Assembly: GCA_016180435.1 (NCBI GenBank)
Contig: JACPBG010000003.1
Location: 77,791-141,790, forward strand
DNA: 64,000 bases
Direction of reading: 5' to 3'
From: Candidatus Sungiibacteriota bacterium
Lineage (GTDB): Bacteria; Patescibacteriota; Minisyncoccia; Sungbacterales; HO2-52-23
The position numbers and the translations under genes are program-made. The notes under the pieces are model-generated. The model was given only the letters and a program-made list of their open reading frames with translations. It was not told the DNA's origin and searched no databases. Each line of letters opens with the position of its first letter. The first letter of the stretch is position 1. Below, piece by piece: positions 26,466 through 35,376 of the stretch.

Positions 26466-26938
26466 AATTACTACGAAGGTACGAATTTTTACGAACGTAC
26501 GAATAATTATGCGGGAAATAAAAAAGAAAGATTTATTATATCCTGATTTAAGCTATCAAGTGGTTGGTATTTTATTTGAAGTATTTAATGAACTCGGTTA
26601 TCAGTATCAGGAAAAATATTACCAAAGAGCGATCAGCAAAAGTTTGCATCTGGTAGGCATTCCTTTTCAGGAACAAATTATTTTTCCAATAGAATTTAAG
26701 GGTCAGAAGATTGGCCGGTATATCTTTGATTTTTTAGTTGATAATAAAATTGTTTTAGAAATAAAACGTGGTGACACTTTTTCACCTCAAGATATCCGAC
26801 AAACGATCGCCTACTTAAAAAGATCAAATTTACGACTAGGAATCCTTGCTCGTTTTTCAAGCAAGGGTCTTAAGTTCAAAAGAATAGTAAATATAATTGA
26901 TTCGTAATTTTCGTATTTATTCGTAACTTCGTAGTAAA
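26466..26938 (+). mobile_element. Putative autonomous family A-type element (TIR-nuclease-TIR) inserted between rpsG and fusA
   Basis: Left attactacgaaggtacgaatttttacgaacgtacgaataatt; right (reverse complement) tttactacgaagttacgaataaatacgaaaattacgaatc. The nuclease ORF stop lies inside the right TIR; the fusA ATG follows immediately. Confidence 0.6.
26509..26907 (+). CDS. GxxExxY-type PD-(D/E)xK nuclease-like protein
   Basis: YQYQEKYYQRA (GxxExxY region) and IFDFLVDNKIVLEIKRGD (D ... E-x-K). Paralog of 21896..22297. Confidence 0.7.
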   Translation: MREIKKKDLLYPDLSYQVVGILFEVFNELGYQYQEKYYQRAISKSLHLVGIPFQEQIIFPIEFKGQKIGRYIFDFLVDNKIVLEIKRGDTFSPQDIRQTIAYLKRSNLRLGILARFSSKGLKFKRIVNIIDS

Positions 26939-29071
26939 ATGCCAAGAGAATATCCTTTAGAGAGTACCAGAGATATCGGCATTATTGCCCATATTGATGC
27001 CGGAAAAACGACCGTAACCGAGCGGGTGCTTTTTTATACCGGCGTATCGCATAAAATCGGCGAGGTGCATGAGGGCGATACGGTGATGGATTGGATGGAG
27101 CAAGAGCGCGAAAGGGGAATTACTATTACGGCGGCCGCAACGAATGTGTTTTGGGTGCCGACGCATGTCGGAGAACTTAGAACTGAGAACTTAGAACTTA
27201 GAAAAAAGAACGAATACAGAATAAATATCATAGATACTCCGGGACATATTGATTTTACCGTGGAGGTTCAGCGCTCACTTCGGGTATTGGATGGCGCGGT
27301 GGTGGTTTTTGACGGAGTGGCCGGAGTTGAGCCGCAATCCGAAACCGTCTGGCGCCAAGCCGATAAATTTAAAGTTCCGCGCATGTGTTTTATAAATAAG
27401 CTTGACCGCATGGGCGCGTCATTTGAGCGCTCGCTCAATTCCATTTATGAGCGACTAACCCCGAATGCGGTTTCGGTGGCAATACCCATAGGACACGAAC
27501 AGGAACACGAAGGCGTGATTGACCTTATGCGCATGAAGTCCGTGAAGTTTCTGGGAGATAAAGGAGAAAAACTTGAATTTGTTGAGATACCCGAGAATTT
27601 GAAATCCTATGCCGAGGAATGGCGCCATAAAATGGTTGAAAAAATTTCGGAAACGGATGACGCGCTTACGGATAAATATCTGGAAGGCAAAGAGATGACT
27701 GTCGAGGAACTGCGTGGCGCTTTACGCCGCGCGACCATTGGATATCGGCTGGTTCCGGTATTTTGCGGATCGGCGCTTAAAAATAAAGGCGTGCAGTTGA
27801 TGCTGGACGGTGTGGTTGATTATCTGCCCTCTCCTTTGGATATGCCGCCGGTAAAAGGAACTCATCCCAAAACCGGTGCGGAAGAAATTCGCGAAGCGAA
27901 AGATGATGCGCCATTTGCCGCGCTTGCTTTTAAATTGCAAACCGATCCTTATGTGGGACAACTTACATATTTTAGGGTTTATTCGGGCATGCTTAAAGCC
28001 GGATCTTATGTTTTAAATTCGGTAAATGGAGATCAGGAGAGGGTGGGGCGGATTTTGCGCATGCATGCCAATACCCGCGAGGAACTGAAAGAAATCGGCG
28101 CCGGAAATATCGGTGCGATTGTCGGTCTTAAAAATACCCGTACCGGAGATACGCTTTGCGATCCGGAGCATCCGGTTGTGCTTGAAAAAATCGTATTTCC
28201 CGAGCCGGTGGTATCTTTGAAAATTGAGCCCAAGACCAAGGCTGACCAGGAAAAAATGGGACTGGCCCTGCGGCGTCTGGGCGAGGAGGACCCGACATTT
28301 CGCATTAAAGGCGACATTGAGACCGGTGATACCATTATTTCGGGTATGGGTGAACTTCATTTGGAAATTATTGTGGATCGCATGAAGCGCGAATTTTCCG
28401 TGGAGGCCAATGTGGGCCGGCCGCAGGTGGCTTATAAAGAAACCATTAAAAAAACCGCGGAAGCGGAAGGAAAATATATTCGTCAATCAGGCGGACGCGG
28501 ACAGTACGGACATGCGTGGCTTCGGGTTGAGCCGCGCGAGCGCGGAAAGGGATTTGAATTTCTTGACGAGATCAAAGGCGGTATAATTCCGCAAGAATAC
28601 ATTCCGGCGATTGAAAAAGGGATTAAGGAGGCCATGGAAAAAGGTGTTTTGGCGGGGTACCCACTGGTTGATATGGCGGTCGCGGTTTATGACGGATCAT
28701 ATCATGAAGTGGATTCGTCCGAGGCCGCATTCAAAATCGCGGGTTCCATGGCTTTGCAGGAGTGCGTTAAGCGCGCGGGACTTGTGCTGCTTGAGCCGAT
28801 TATGAAAGTGGAGGTTGTGACTCCGGAGCAGTTTCTGGGCGAGGTTACCGGGGATTTGAATTCCAAGCGTGCGCGGATTGAAGAAATGTCCGAGCGCGGC
28901 CTGGGAATTAAGGTGATTGACTGCAAAGTTCCGCTTTCGGAAATGTTCGGATATGTTACGACTCTTCGTTCCTTGACGCAAGGCAGAGCCAGTTTTACTA
29001 TGGAATTTGATCACTACGAGGAAGTCCCGAATAATATTGCGCAGCTTATAATTGAAGGGAAGCGGCAGTGA
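26939..29071 (+). CDS. fusA: Elongation factor G
   Basis: [23 protein letters not shown] and all five EF-G domains. Contains a family F-encoded insertion ([15 protein letters not shown]) between G2 and G3. Confidence 0.95.
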   Translation: MPREYPLESTRDIGIIAHIDAGKTTVTERVLFYTGVSHKIGEVHEGDTVMDWMEQERERGITITAAATNVFWVPTHVGELRTENLELRKKNEYRINIIDTPGHIDFTVEVQRSLRVLDGAVVVFDGVAGVEPQSETVWRQADKFKVPRMCFINKLDRMGASFERSLNSIYERLTPNAVSVAIPIGHEQEHEGVIDLMRMKSVKFLGDKGEKLEFVEIPENLKSYAEEWRHKMVEKISETDDALTDKYLEGKEMTVEELRGALRRATIGYRLVPVFCGSALKNKGVQLMLDGVVDYLPSPLDMPPVKGTHPKTGAEEIREAKDDAPFAALAFKLQTDPYVGQLTYFRVYSGMLKAGSYVLNSVNGDQERVGRILRMHANTREELKEIGAGNIGAIVGLKNTRTGDTLCDPEHPVVLEKIVFPEPVVSLKIEPKTKADQEKMGLALRRLGEEDPTFRIKGDIETGDTIISGMGELHLEIIVDRMKREFSVEANVGRPQVAYKETIKKTAEAEGKYIRQSGGRGQYGHAWLRVEPRERGKGFEFLDEIKGGIIPQEYIPAIEKGIKEAMEKGVLAGYPLVDMAVAVYDGSYHEVDSSEAAFKIAGSMALQECVKRAGLVLLEPIMKVEVVTPEQFLGEVTGDLNSKRARIEEMSERGLGIKVIDCKVPLSEMFGYVTTLRSLTQGRASFTMEFDHYEEVPNNIAQLIIEGKRQ
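27172..27212. repeat. Family F heptad-repeat half-element, in-frame inside fusA
   Basis: gagaacttagaactgagaacttagaacttagaaaaaagaac. Confidence 0.7.
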
Positions 29072-29278
29072 TGCCAATCCAATGCGAATTTAATGTTTAC
29101 CCCGTTAGATAATAACCTTTTTTAAAAAGATGTGCTGTTGTTGTAAAAACCCTTTTAAAAATTTTATTGGTTGTCAAGAGATATCTAACGGGGCGAGTCT
29201 GGCGAATTGCGAATACTAAACACAAGATTTTATTAGCAATTTGTAGATTAGCATTTCATTTGTAGATTTGCATCATTG
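29066..29278. repeat. Family B element interrupted by a nested family G element
   Basis: cagtgatgccaatccaatgcgaatttaatg | G insert | tctggcgaattgcgaat...gcatttcatttgtagatttgcatca. Confidence 0.75.
29098..29193. repeat. Family G element nested in the B element
   Basis: tttaccccgttagataataacc ... agatatctaacggggcg. Confidence 0.7.
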
Positions 29279-29566
29279 CGTGCGAAGCACAAATAAAAAA
29301 TAGCGGCGTGGGACCGCATTAAGGCAAAAAGAGCGAGTCAATTTTAAACTTTAGTATATACACCCAACCGGCGCCTGCCACAATAATTGCAATAAAAATA
29401 AGAAAAGCGCCCCAGTCGAATTCGTAGATAAAACGTACGAGCGAAAATAAAATTTCAGAGATAGGACCTCGATCCGGCAGGGTGGGTAAAGAATATTCGT
29501 GCATAGCATTCTTTGTAATATATTATAGAGATCTATATTATGGACATATCAAAACTAAAAAATCTT

Positions 29567-29679
29567 GTCAACCCCGTTAGAGAGAAACAAACACATCAGT
29601 TATTGGGGAAAAGGTTATGTGTTAAAATAAAGGCGCTGTTTGCATGATTATCATTCCCTGTTTCTTTCTAACGGGGTCA
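29567..29679. repeat. Family G element (inserted after a promoter-like ttgtcaa)
   Basis: gtcaaccccgttagagagaaacaaac ... ctgtttctttctaacggggtcaa. Confidence 0.75.
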
Positions 29680-29723
29680 AGGCGAATCTTGACTTTATAT
29701 CAAAGATGGGATAAGTTTTTAAT

Positions 29724-29942
29724 ATGTCAATGGTCATAGAAAAAAAATATCACAAAAGTATTAGTGAGGTTTCGCGAAAGATGGGAATTAGAGAAAATGA
29801 TCTAGTGGGTCGTGCACTCGCTCTTTATTTAGATAGCGCAAAAAAAATTCTTGATGTAGAAAAAGAATTTAAGGCATGGGACGTTTTGAGCGATGAGTCG
29901 TTGGTTGGACTCGCTAAGCGTGTTCCAAGGCGGTCAATATGA
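29724..29942 (+). CDS. Putative antitoxin (partner of the MazF/PemK-like toxin)
   Basis: 72-aa ORF overlapping the toxin start by 4 nt (ATGA). Confidence 0.45.
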   Translation: MSMVIEKKYHKSISEVSRKMGIRENDLVGRALALYLDSAKKILDVEKEFKAWDVLSDESLVGLAKRVPRRSI

Positions 29943-30265
29943 AAAAGGGTGAAATTTGGTTGGTAGAAATTCCGGGCATTGACGGCCATGAACAGCGGGG
30001 ATTCCGCCCCGCGATTTTTATTGCGGACACCAAGACGGGCGTGGCCATAATTATTCCATGCACTTCTAATTTGCAAGCGCTTCGTTTCCCATTTACTATT
30101 CGTATTGAATCATCTCGCAGTAATGGATTAAATGAATTATCGGTTGCCCTGGTTCTTCAGCTTCGTGCTATTGATAAAAAGAGATTATTGAGAAAAATAG
30201 GACAACTTGATAATTCAGTTCTTAAAGAACTTGACGTGGTGATACGTAATCTTTTAGATTTATAG
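29939..30265 (+). CDS. MazF/PemK-family toxin endoribonuclease
   Basis: MKKGEIWLVEIPGIDGHEQRGFRPAIFIA has the typical PemK/MazF N-terminal signature. Confidence 0.75.
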   Translation: MKKGEIWLVEIPGIDGHEQRGFRPAIFIADTKTGVAIIIPCTSNLQALRFPFTIRIESSRSNGLNELSVALVLQLRAIDKKRLLRKIGQLDNSVLKELDVVIRNLLDL

Positions 30266-30382
30266 AGGACCAGTTTCGCGTACCCAAATAAAAATAGCGG
30301 CACGAGTCGAGGTAACCCATCGTGCATTCATTCTCGCTCTCCAATAAATAAGAACTACTATGGATATATCAAAATTAAAAAA

Positions 30383-30412
30383 TCTTGTCAAATATATATA
30401 GGAGATGGTATA
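30383..30412 (+). promoter_or_regulatory. Sigma70-like promoter for the hicBA cassette
   Basis: TTGTCA-N18-TATATT (cttgtcaaatatatataggagatggtatatt). The same ttgtcaa motif precedes the mazEF cassette. Confidence 0.4.
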
Positions 30413-30420
30413 TTGAAGAT

Positions 30421-30675
30421 ATGAAAAAACGACAAAAAATTAAAAAAGAAATCGCCACTTTTAATGCGGTATTTTTGGAAGAAAGCGATGGAGGATACAG
30501 CGTAAGTGTGCCTGCTTTGCCGGGCTGTTTTTCACAGGGTGATACCTTTGAAGCGGCCGTGGAAAATATAAAAGAGGCCATAGAACTTTATCTTGAAGAT
30601 GAATCTAAAGAGATTGATTTTTTGAAAGTTCGCCCTAAAAAAGAATTCATGGTACCAGTTGAACTTTATGCCTAA
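30421..30675 (+). CDS. hicB: HicB-family antitoxin
   Basis: FLEESDGGYSVSVPALPGCFSQGDTFEAAVENIKEAIELYLE matches the HicB/UPF0150 signature. Confidence 0.7.
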   Translation: MKKRQKIKKEIATFNAVFLEESDGGYSVSVPALPGCFSQGDTFEAAVENIKEAIELYLEDESKEIDFLKVRPKKEFMVPVELYA

Positions 30676-30895
30676 ATTGCCGCAGATTTCGGGAAAAGAG
30701 ATGGGGCGGGTTTTGGCTCGCCTCGGTTTTATATTCAAAAGCCAGAAAGGAAGTCATATGAAATTCATTCGCTTGCATGACGGCGCAAAAGAAATTATAG
30801 TAGTACCAAATCATAAAACGCTTCGTAAAGGAACATTTAGCGGCATATTAAAGCAGCTTAACATCACCTTTGAAAAATTACGCGAGCTGATGTAA
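30668..30895 (+). CDS. hicA: HicA-family toxin
   Basis: MPKLPQISGKEMGRVLARLGFIFKSQKGSHMKF matches the HicA/YcfA signature. Confidence 0.7.
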   Translation: MPKLPQISGKEMGRVLARLGFIFKSQKGSHMKFIRLHDGAKEIIVVPNHKTLRKGTFSGILKQLNITFEKLRELM

Positions 30896-30927
30896 TAAAA
30901 AATAGCGGTGCGGGTTCGTACACACAT

Positions 30928-31230
30928 ATGAGTGAAAAAATGGAAAAATTGAAAAGCGAAATATCTCCCGAAGAATATAAAAAAAAGCTTCTCACTGTTG
31001 CCGGCGAACTTTTCAAAGGGAAAGTCCCAAATTATTTCCTTGAATATCTTGATAATGATGAAATTGAAAGTGCCAGAGTATCACTTTTAGGCGCGATTGA
31101 TGCGTTCGTTTTTGGAAAAAATATATCAGATGAAGAAGCAAAAACAAAATATGAAATTCTGGGTTTTGATCCGGAGGAAGCAAGTAGGATCAGAAACTTA
31201 AGCAAAGCCAATAAAAGAAGATCTCAATAA
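30928..31230 (+). CDS. Hypothetical protein
   Basis: 100-aa ORF preceded by the same aaataaaaaatagcgg leader repeat. Confidence 0.4.
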   Translation: MSEKMEKLKSEISPEEYKKKLLTVAGELFKGKVPNYFLEYLDNDEIESARVSLLGAIDAFVFGKNISDEEAKTKYEILGFDPEEASRIRNLSKANKRRSQ

Positions 31231-31293
31231 TCAAATTTATTTTGCATTTTATTTTTTACGTTTTGTAGCAGAACAGCGATAAATTTTAAAAAT

Positions 31294-31593
31294 ATGGAGT
31301 GGGTAAAACTCAAAAATTTGGTAAAACAAAATGGAGATAAGTTTGTGTTGGTTGAAAATGGGGAGCCGGAAATTGTGATGATGTCTTTTCATGAATATCA
31401 GAAACTCGCTAATCATAATGCGAATACGGCGAATTTGCGTACGAATGTCACGAATCGCGAAGACGACAACTATTATATGGATGTATCCGCGGGCCGTTTG
31501 CCGGAAACCGAATTTGTATCACCCCACGAGTTAGAAGCGCCCGGACTTCCGGTGCGGCTTGAGGATATCCGGCTGGATGATCTGCCCATTTGA
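31294..31593 (+). CDS. Phd/YefM-like antitoxin-domain protein
   Basis: NGEPEIVMMSFHEYQKL resembles the Phd/YefM N-terminus; C-terminal extension; no toxin partner found. Confidence 0.45.
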   Translation: MEWVKLKNLVKQNGDKFVLVENGEPEIVMMSFHEYQKLANHNANTANLRTNVTNREDDNYYMDVSAGRLPETEFVSPHELEAPGLPVRLEDIRLDDLPI

Positions 31594-31605
31594 GGCATTT
31601 TTTTC

Positions 31606-31635
31606 GGCATTTGACAATGAACCGGCTATTTTGCT
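31606..31635 (+). promoter_or_regulatory. Sigma70-like promoter upstream of tuf
   Basis: TTGACAatgaaccggctattttgcTAAACT (-35 TTGACA, 18-nt spacer, -10 TAAACT). Confidence 0.45.
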
Positions 31636-31791
31636 AAACTTAATTTTGTATTGTGAATTTTATCAATAGACCTACTGCACAAAGATTTTCGTCACGAAAT
31701 TTAAGAATTTCGAGGCAAAATCGCTGAACAAACTTTGCGGCCTATCGCTTAGATAAGCCAAAAAGTAATGTGCGGGTATATAAAAGAAAAT

Positions 31792-32991
31792 ATGGCAGAA
31801 GCCAAAAAATTCGAGCGGACCAAGCCGCATTTAAACGTGGGTACCATAGGGCATGTGGACCATGGTAAAACCACCCTAACCGCGGCCATAACCAAAGTAT
31901 TGAGTTTAAAAGGACTTCCTTCGCGCGTGGAGTCGGTGGATCAGATTGATAATGCTCCCGAAGAAAAAGCGCGTGGAATCACGATCGCGCTTCATCATTC
32001 CGAATACGAATCGGAAAAGCGGCATTACGCCCATATTGATGCCCCCGGACACGCCGACTATATTAAAAACATGATTACCGGCGCTGCCCAGATGGACGGC
32101 GCTATTCTGGTCGTGTCCGCAACTGACGGCCCCATGCCGCAAACCCGCGAGCACATACTTCTTGCTCGCCAAGTAGGAGTGCCGGCTGTTGTGGTGTTTT
32201 TGAACAAATGCGATGCCGTGGAAGATAAAGAACTGATTGATTTGGTTGAAGCCGAAGTTCGCGAACTTTTAAAAAAATATGAATTCCCAGGAGATCAGAC
32301 TCCCATTATACGCGGCTCGGCATTAAAAGCCCTGGACGCAAAATCAGCCGATGATGAATGGGCCAAACCGATAATAGAACTGGTTAGTGTGCTTGATTCT
32401 TATGTTCCGGAGCCTGTGCGCGAAGTTGACAGGCCGTTCCTCATGCCGGCCGAAGACGTTTTTTCAATCGAGGGCCGCGGTACGGTGGTTACCGGCAGGA
32501 TTGAGCGCGGCAAAGTTAAATTGAATGAAGAAGTAGAAATTATCGGTATGCGCGATACGCAAAAGACGATTGTTACCGGAATTGAAATGTTTAATAAATC
32601 GCTGGATGAAGGTATTGCGGGAGATAATGCCGGCATACTTTTGCGCGGACTCAAAAAAGAAGATGTGGAGCGCGGACAAGTGCTTGCCAAGCCGGGATCC
32701 GTAACGCCGCACACGGATTTTGAATCAGAGGTCTATATTTTGACCAAAGAAGAAGGAGGACGCCATACCCCGTTTTTCTCGGGATATAAGCCGCAATTTT
32801 ATATCCGCACCACCGATGTTACGGGGGAGGTTACGCTTGCCCAGGGAACCGAAATGGTAATGCCCGGAGATACTGTTAAATTCATAGTAAAACTCATTGT
32901 GCCGGTGGCTTTAGAGGAAAAACAGCGTTTCGCCATCCGGGAGGGAGGGAAAACAGTTGGAGCCGGAGTGGTTACGAAAATAGTGAAGTAA
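31792..32991 (+). CDS. tuf: Elongation factor Tu
   Basis: [22 protein letters not shown]; ATG at 31792. Confidence 0.95.
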   Translation: MAEAKKFERTKPHLNVGTIGHVDHGKTTLTAAITKVLSLKGLPSRVESVDQIDNAPEEKARGITIALHHSEYESEKRHYAHIDAPGHADYIKNMITGAAQMDGAILVVSATDGPMPQTREHILLARQVGVPAVVVFLNKCDAVEDKELIDLVEAEVRELLKKYEFPGDQTPIIRGSALKALDAKSADDEWAKPIIELVSVLDSYVPEPVREVDRPFLMPAEDVFSIEGRGTVVTGRIERGKVKLNEEVEIIGMRDTQKTIVTGIEMFNKSLDEGIAGDNAGILLRGLKKEDVERGQVLAKPGSVTPHTDFESEVYILTKEEGGRHTPFFSGYKPQFYIRTTDVTGEVTLAQGTEMVMPGDTVKFIVKLIVPVALEEKQRFAIREGGKTVGAGVVTKIVK

Positions 32992-32993
32992 TA

Positions 32994-33098
32994 AGCAGTG
33001 ATGCTAATCCGATGCGAATTTAATGCCAATTTAGCGAATTGCGAATGCGTTATCATTAGCAATTTGTAGATTGGCATAAGATTTGTAGATTGGCATCA
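32994..33098. repeat. Family B element
   Basis: agcagtgatgctaatccgatgcgaatttaatgccaatttagcgaattgcgaat...attagcaatttgtagattggcataagatttgtagattggcatca. Confidence 0.8.
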
Positions 33099-33109
33099 TA
33101 TGTGGTTCC

Positions 33110-33442
33110 TTGGCATCTAAAAAAACAGAAGAAATTAAAACCCGTTTGCGCATCAGAGTTCGGGCTTATGACGCGAAGATTATTGATAATTCCGTAAAGC
33201 AAATTGTGGAGACCGCGATCCGGAATGGCGCGGAGATCGTGGGTCCGGTGCCGCTGCCTACCGAGACCCATAAATATACCGTAAACCGTTCAAGTTTCGT
33301 GCATAAAAACGCGCGCGAGCAGTTTGAGATGCGGGTGCACAAGCGCATGATAGATATTATGAATCCCACACCGCGGACGATTAATGCGCTTACGAATCTG
33401 AATTTGCCGGCGGGAGTGGATATTGAAATAAAAATGATGTGA
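33110..33442 (+). CDS. rpsJ: 30S ribosomal protein S10
   Basis: [22 protein letters not shown]...GPVPLPT...[18 protein letters not shown]...; TTG start. Confidence 0.85.
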   Translation: MASKKTEEIKTRLRIRVRAYDAKIIDNSVKQIVETAIRNGAEIVGPVPLPTETHKYTVNRSSFVHKNAREQFEMRVHKRMIDIMNPTPRTINALTNLNLPAGVDIEIKMM

Positions 33443-33466
33443 TTTCCGCTCGCTGATGCGGTTTCT

Positions 33467-33588
33467 GCCATTTCATTTTTTCCAAGGCTTCGGCCGCTCC
33501 TGCGGCGGCCTGCAGGGTCGGCGAGACACTCGCGCGTTTCGCGCGAGACCAAGCTGTCTCGCCTCCCATTGCAAAAAATGAAATGCAA
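33467..33588 (+). repeat. Family E structured element (copy E2)
   Basis: Outer stem atttcatttttt/aaaaaatgaaat; ggccgctcctgcggcggcc; tgcagggtcgg; stem cgagaca/tgtctcg; inner hairpin ctcgcgcgtttcgcgcgag; accaagc; cctcccattg. Confidence 0.75.
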
Positions 33589-33681
33589 AAACCGTTTTGG
33601 CTCGCTTAGGGGTTTTTAGCGTAGCGCTTCGTCGAGCCAAGTTCGATTTCGCGCCGTTTACGTTAATAAGATGTAATAAAC

Positions 33682-33852
33682 ATGAATTTAGCCAAATGTG
33701 ATAGATGTAAAAAAGTAATCCGAAAGCCTTTGGAAAAAGGAAACATTTCAGTGCGGACTTACGGTATTCAGTGGGAAGGTGTAGATCTGTGTTCTCGCTG
33801 TTCTCCCGCATTTTTGCGATTTTTTAATAAATATGCTAAGGTAAAAAAATAG
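33682..33852 (+). CDS. Small zinc-ribbon protein (56 aa, below track threshold)
   Basis: MNLAKCDRCKKVIRKPLEKGNISVRTYGIQWEGVDLCSRCSPAFLRFFNKYAKVKK; CxxC...CxxC. Confidence 0.3.
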   Translation: MNLAKCDRCKKVIRKPLEKGNISVRTYGIQWEGVDLCSRCSPAFLRFFNKYAKVKK

Positions 33853-33889
33853 AAGCAAAGGTCGCAAGAAAATATAATTTTTCAAAAAT

Positions 33890-34135
33890 ATGCCAGGAGA
33901 AGGAGCACCGAAAAAATCAAAACAGGATTTACTTGATGAATATCGTATATTGATGGAGGTGTTATTAAAAGATCAGCCTGGAGCAGATTATCATCCTCTC
34001 GATGTTTATGAATTGACGGCTCGACAAGCTGAGTTGCAGAAAGAATTAGGAGAGGAGGCGCGTCCTATAGATGAGGAGTTTGCTGCCAAGAGAAGTGCGT
34101 TTATTGAAACTCTTTCTAAAGAAGGTGAGAAATGA
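33890..34135 (+). CDS. Hypothetical protein
   Basis: 81-aa acidic ORF in the gap between rpsJ and rplC. Confidence 0.35.
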   Translation: MPGEGAPKKSKQDLLDEYRILMEVLLKDQPGADYHPLDVYELTARQAELQKELGEEARPIDEEFAAKRSAFIETLSKEGEK

Positions 34136-34365
34136 TTTTGTTGAAGATCTGAATCTTTCAAGCCGTGTCCATTTAGAAGTGGGCATCCTTGAGCGATTCA
34201 CTCCACATATAACTTTCGTTGAATCTTGCGTACGAAAAATCGGCAATAACGAAAATTATGTGTGGGGTTCAAATCGTTCACTCCCAAGTTGTCAGGGATA
34301 GCTTTAGTTGTAAAGCATGGAATTAAATACTTTTTAGTCCTTTCGTTAAAAAATTTAATCCCATT

Positions 34366-34392
34366 TCGGTGCAGACCGGGGGATCCGGTTTT
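34366..34392 (+). terminator. Hairpin + T-run
   Basis: gaccgggggatccggtttttgttt. Confidence 0.5.
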
Positions 34393-34402
34393 TGTTTACC
34401 TT

Positions 34403-34543
34403 TACCCCGTTAGAACGCCGCCGACTCCTGCTCGCCTCGCTAAAGCTACGGCGAAGCGGGTCGGTGGTAACGAACGATAGAGATAGCCAATGGGAGTGTA
34501 ATGCTCCCATTGGCGGATCGTGAAGCGCCCGTTCTAACGGGGT
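34403..34543. repeat. Family G element with GC-rich interior
   Basis: tttaccccgttagaacgccgccgactcctgctcgcc...gcgcccgttctaacggggt. Confidence 0.7.
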
Positions 34544-34624
34544 TTACGAAATACTAATTGTTACGAATATACGAATCCAAATCGGTTTTATTAGTAAATT
34601 CGTACTGATTCGTATTTCGTAAAG
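34543..34624. repeat. Family A element
   Basis: tttacgaaatactaattgttacgaatatacgaatcc...attagtaaattcgtactgattcgtatttcgtaaag, then ttt + ATG of rplC. Confidence 0.8.
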
Positions 34625-34627
34625 TTT

Positions 34628-35251
34628 ATGAAGTTTATCTTAGGTGAAAAAATAGAAATGTCGCAGATTTTTGATAAAGACGGCAATGTGGTACCGGTAA
34701 CTTTGGTGCGGGCAACTCCTAATGTGGTTTTGCGGGTAAAAACCAAAGAAAAAGACGGATATGAAGCGATGCAGGTTGGGTTTGGAATTAGAAAAGCGAA
34801 GAATATAAAAAAATCACAGCTCGGGCATTTCAAAGATTTAGGAAATTTCAGATATGTTCGTGAATTTCGAAAGCTACCAGCTACAAGCTACCAGCTGCCA
34901 GCTCGCGGGGAAAAGATTGATATCTCTATATTTCAAGAGGGAGATAGCGTAAAGGTGAGTGGTATTTCCAAGGGCAAAGGATTCCAGGGCGTGATGAAAC
35001 GGCACGGATTTCATGGGGCTCCGGCGTCGCACGGAACCAAGCATGCGCATCGCGAGCCGGGGTCCATTGGTGGTGCCGGGCGCGCCGGAGGAAGGGTTGC
35101 TAAAGGAATGCGAATGGCGGGACGTATGGGAAGCGATAGGGTTACGGTGAGAAATTTGAAAATCGCGAAAATTGATTTAGAGAATAATATGTTGGCGATA
35201 AAAGGGGCAATTCCCGGAAGAAGAGGAACATTGTTGGAAATTAGAGGGTAA
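34628..35251 (+). CDS. rplC: 50S ribosomal protein L3
   Basis: MKFILGEKIEMSQIFDKDGNVVPVTLV ... GKGFQGVMKRHGF. Confidence 0.9.
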   Translation: MKFILGEKIEMSQIFDKDGNVVPVTLVRATPNVVLRVKTKEKDGYEAMQVGFGIRKAKNIKKSQLGHFKDLGNFRYVREFRKLPATSYQLPARGEKIDISIFQEGDSVKVSGISKGKGFQGVMKRHGFHGAPASHGTKHAHREPGSIGGAGRAGGRVAKGMRMAGRMGSDRVTVRNLKIAKIDLENNMLAIKGAIPGRRGTLLEIRG

Positions 35252-35257
35252 AACAAT

Positions 35258-35372
35258 AGATTACCACAGATTAATATACAGATTATCACAGATCACAGAT
35301 TTACGTCGTAACGTATTTTTTATCATCTGTGATCGGTGTATATCTGTGAGATATCTGTGAAAATCTGTTGGT
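35258..35372. repeat. Family H ('cacagat/atctgtg') palindromic element
   Basis: gattaccacagattaatatacagattatcacagatcacagat ... catctgtgatcggtgtatatctgtgagatatctgtgaaaatctgttgg. Confidence 0.8.
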
Positions 35373-35376
35373 AAGG

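Noticed and set aside
29319-29504. 61-aa minus-strand membrane-like ORF inside the first TA-cassette leader
   Set aside because: It is present only in the long version of the repeated leader and has no start context or motif. It might be real but is unsupported, so it is mentioned under the TA-island finding only.
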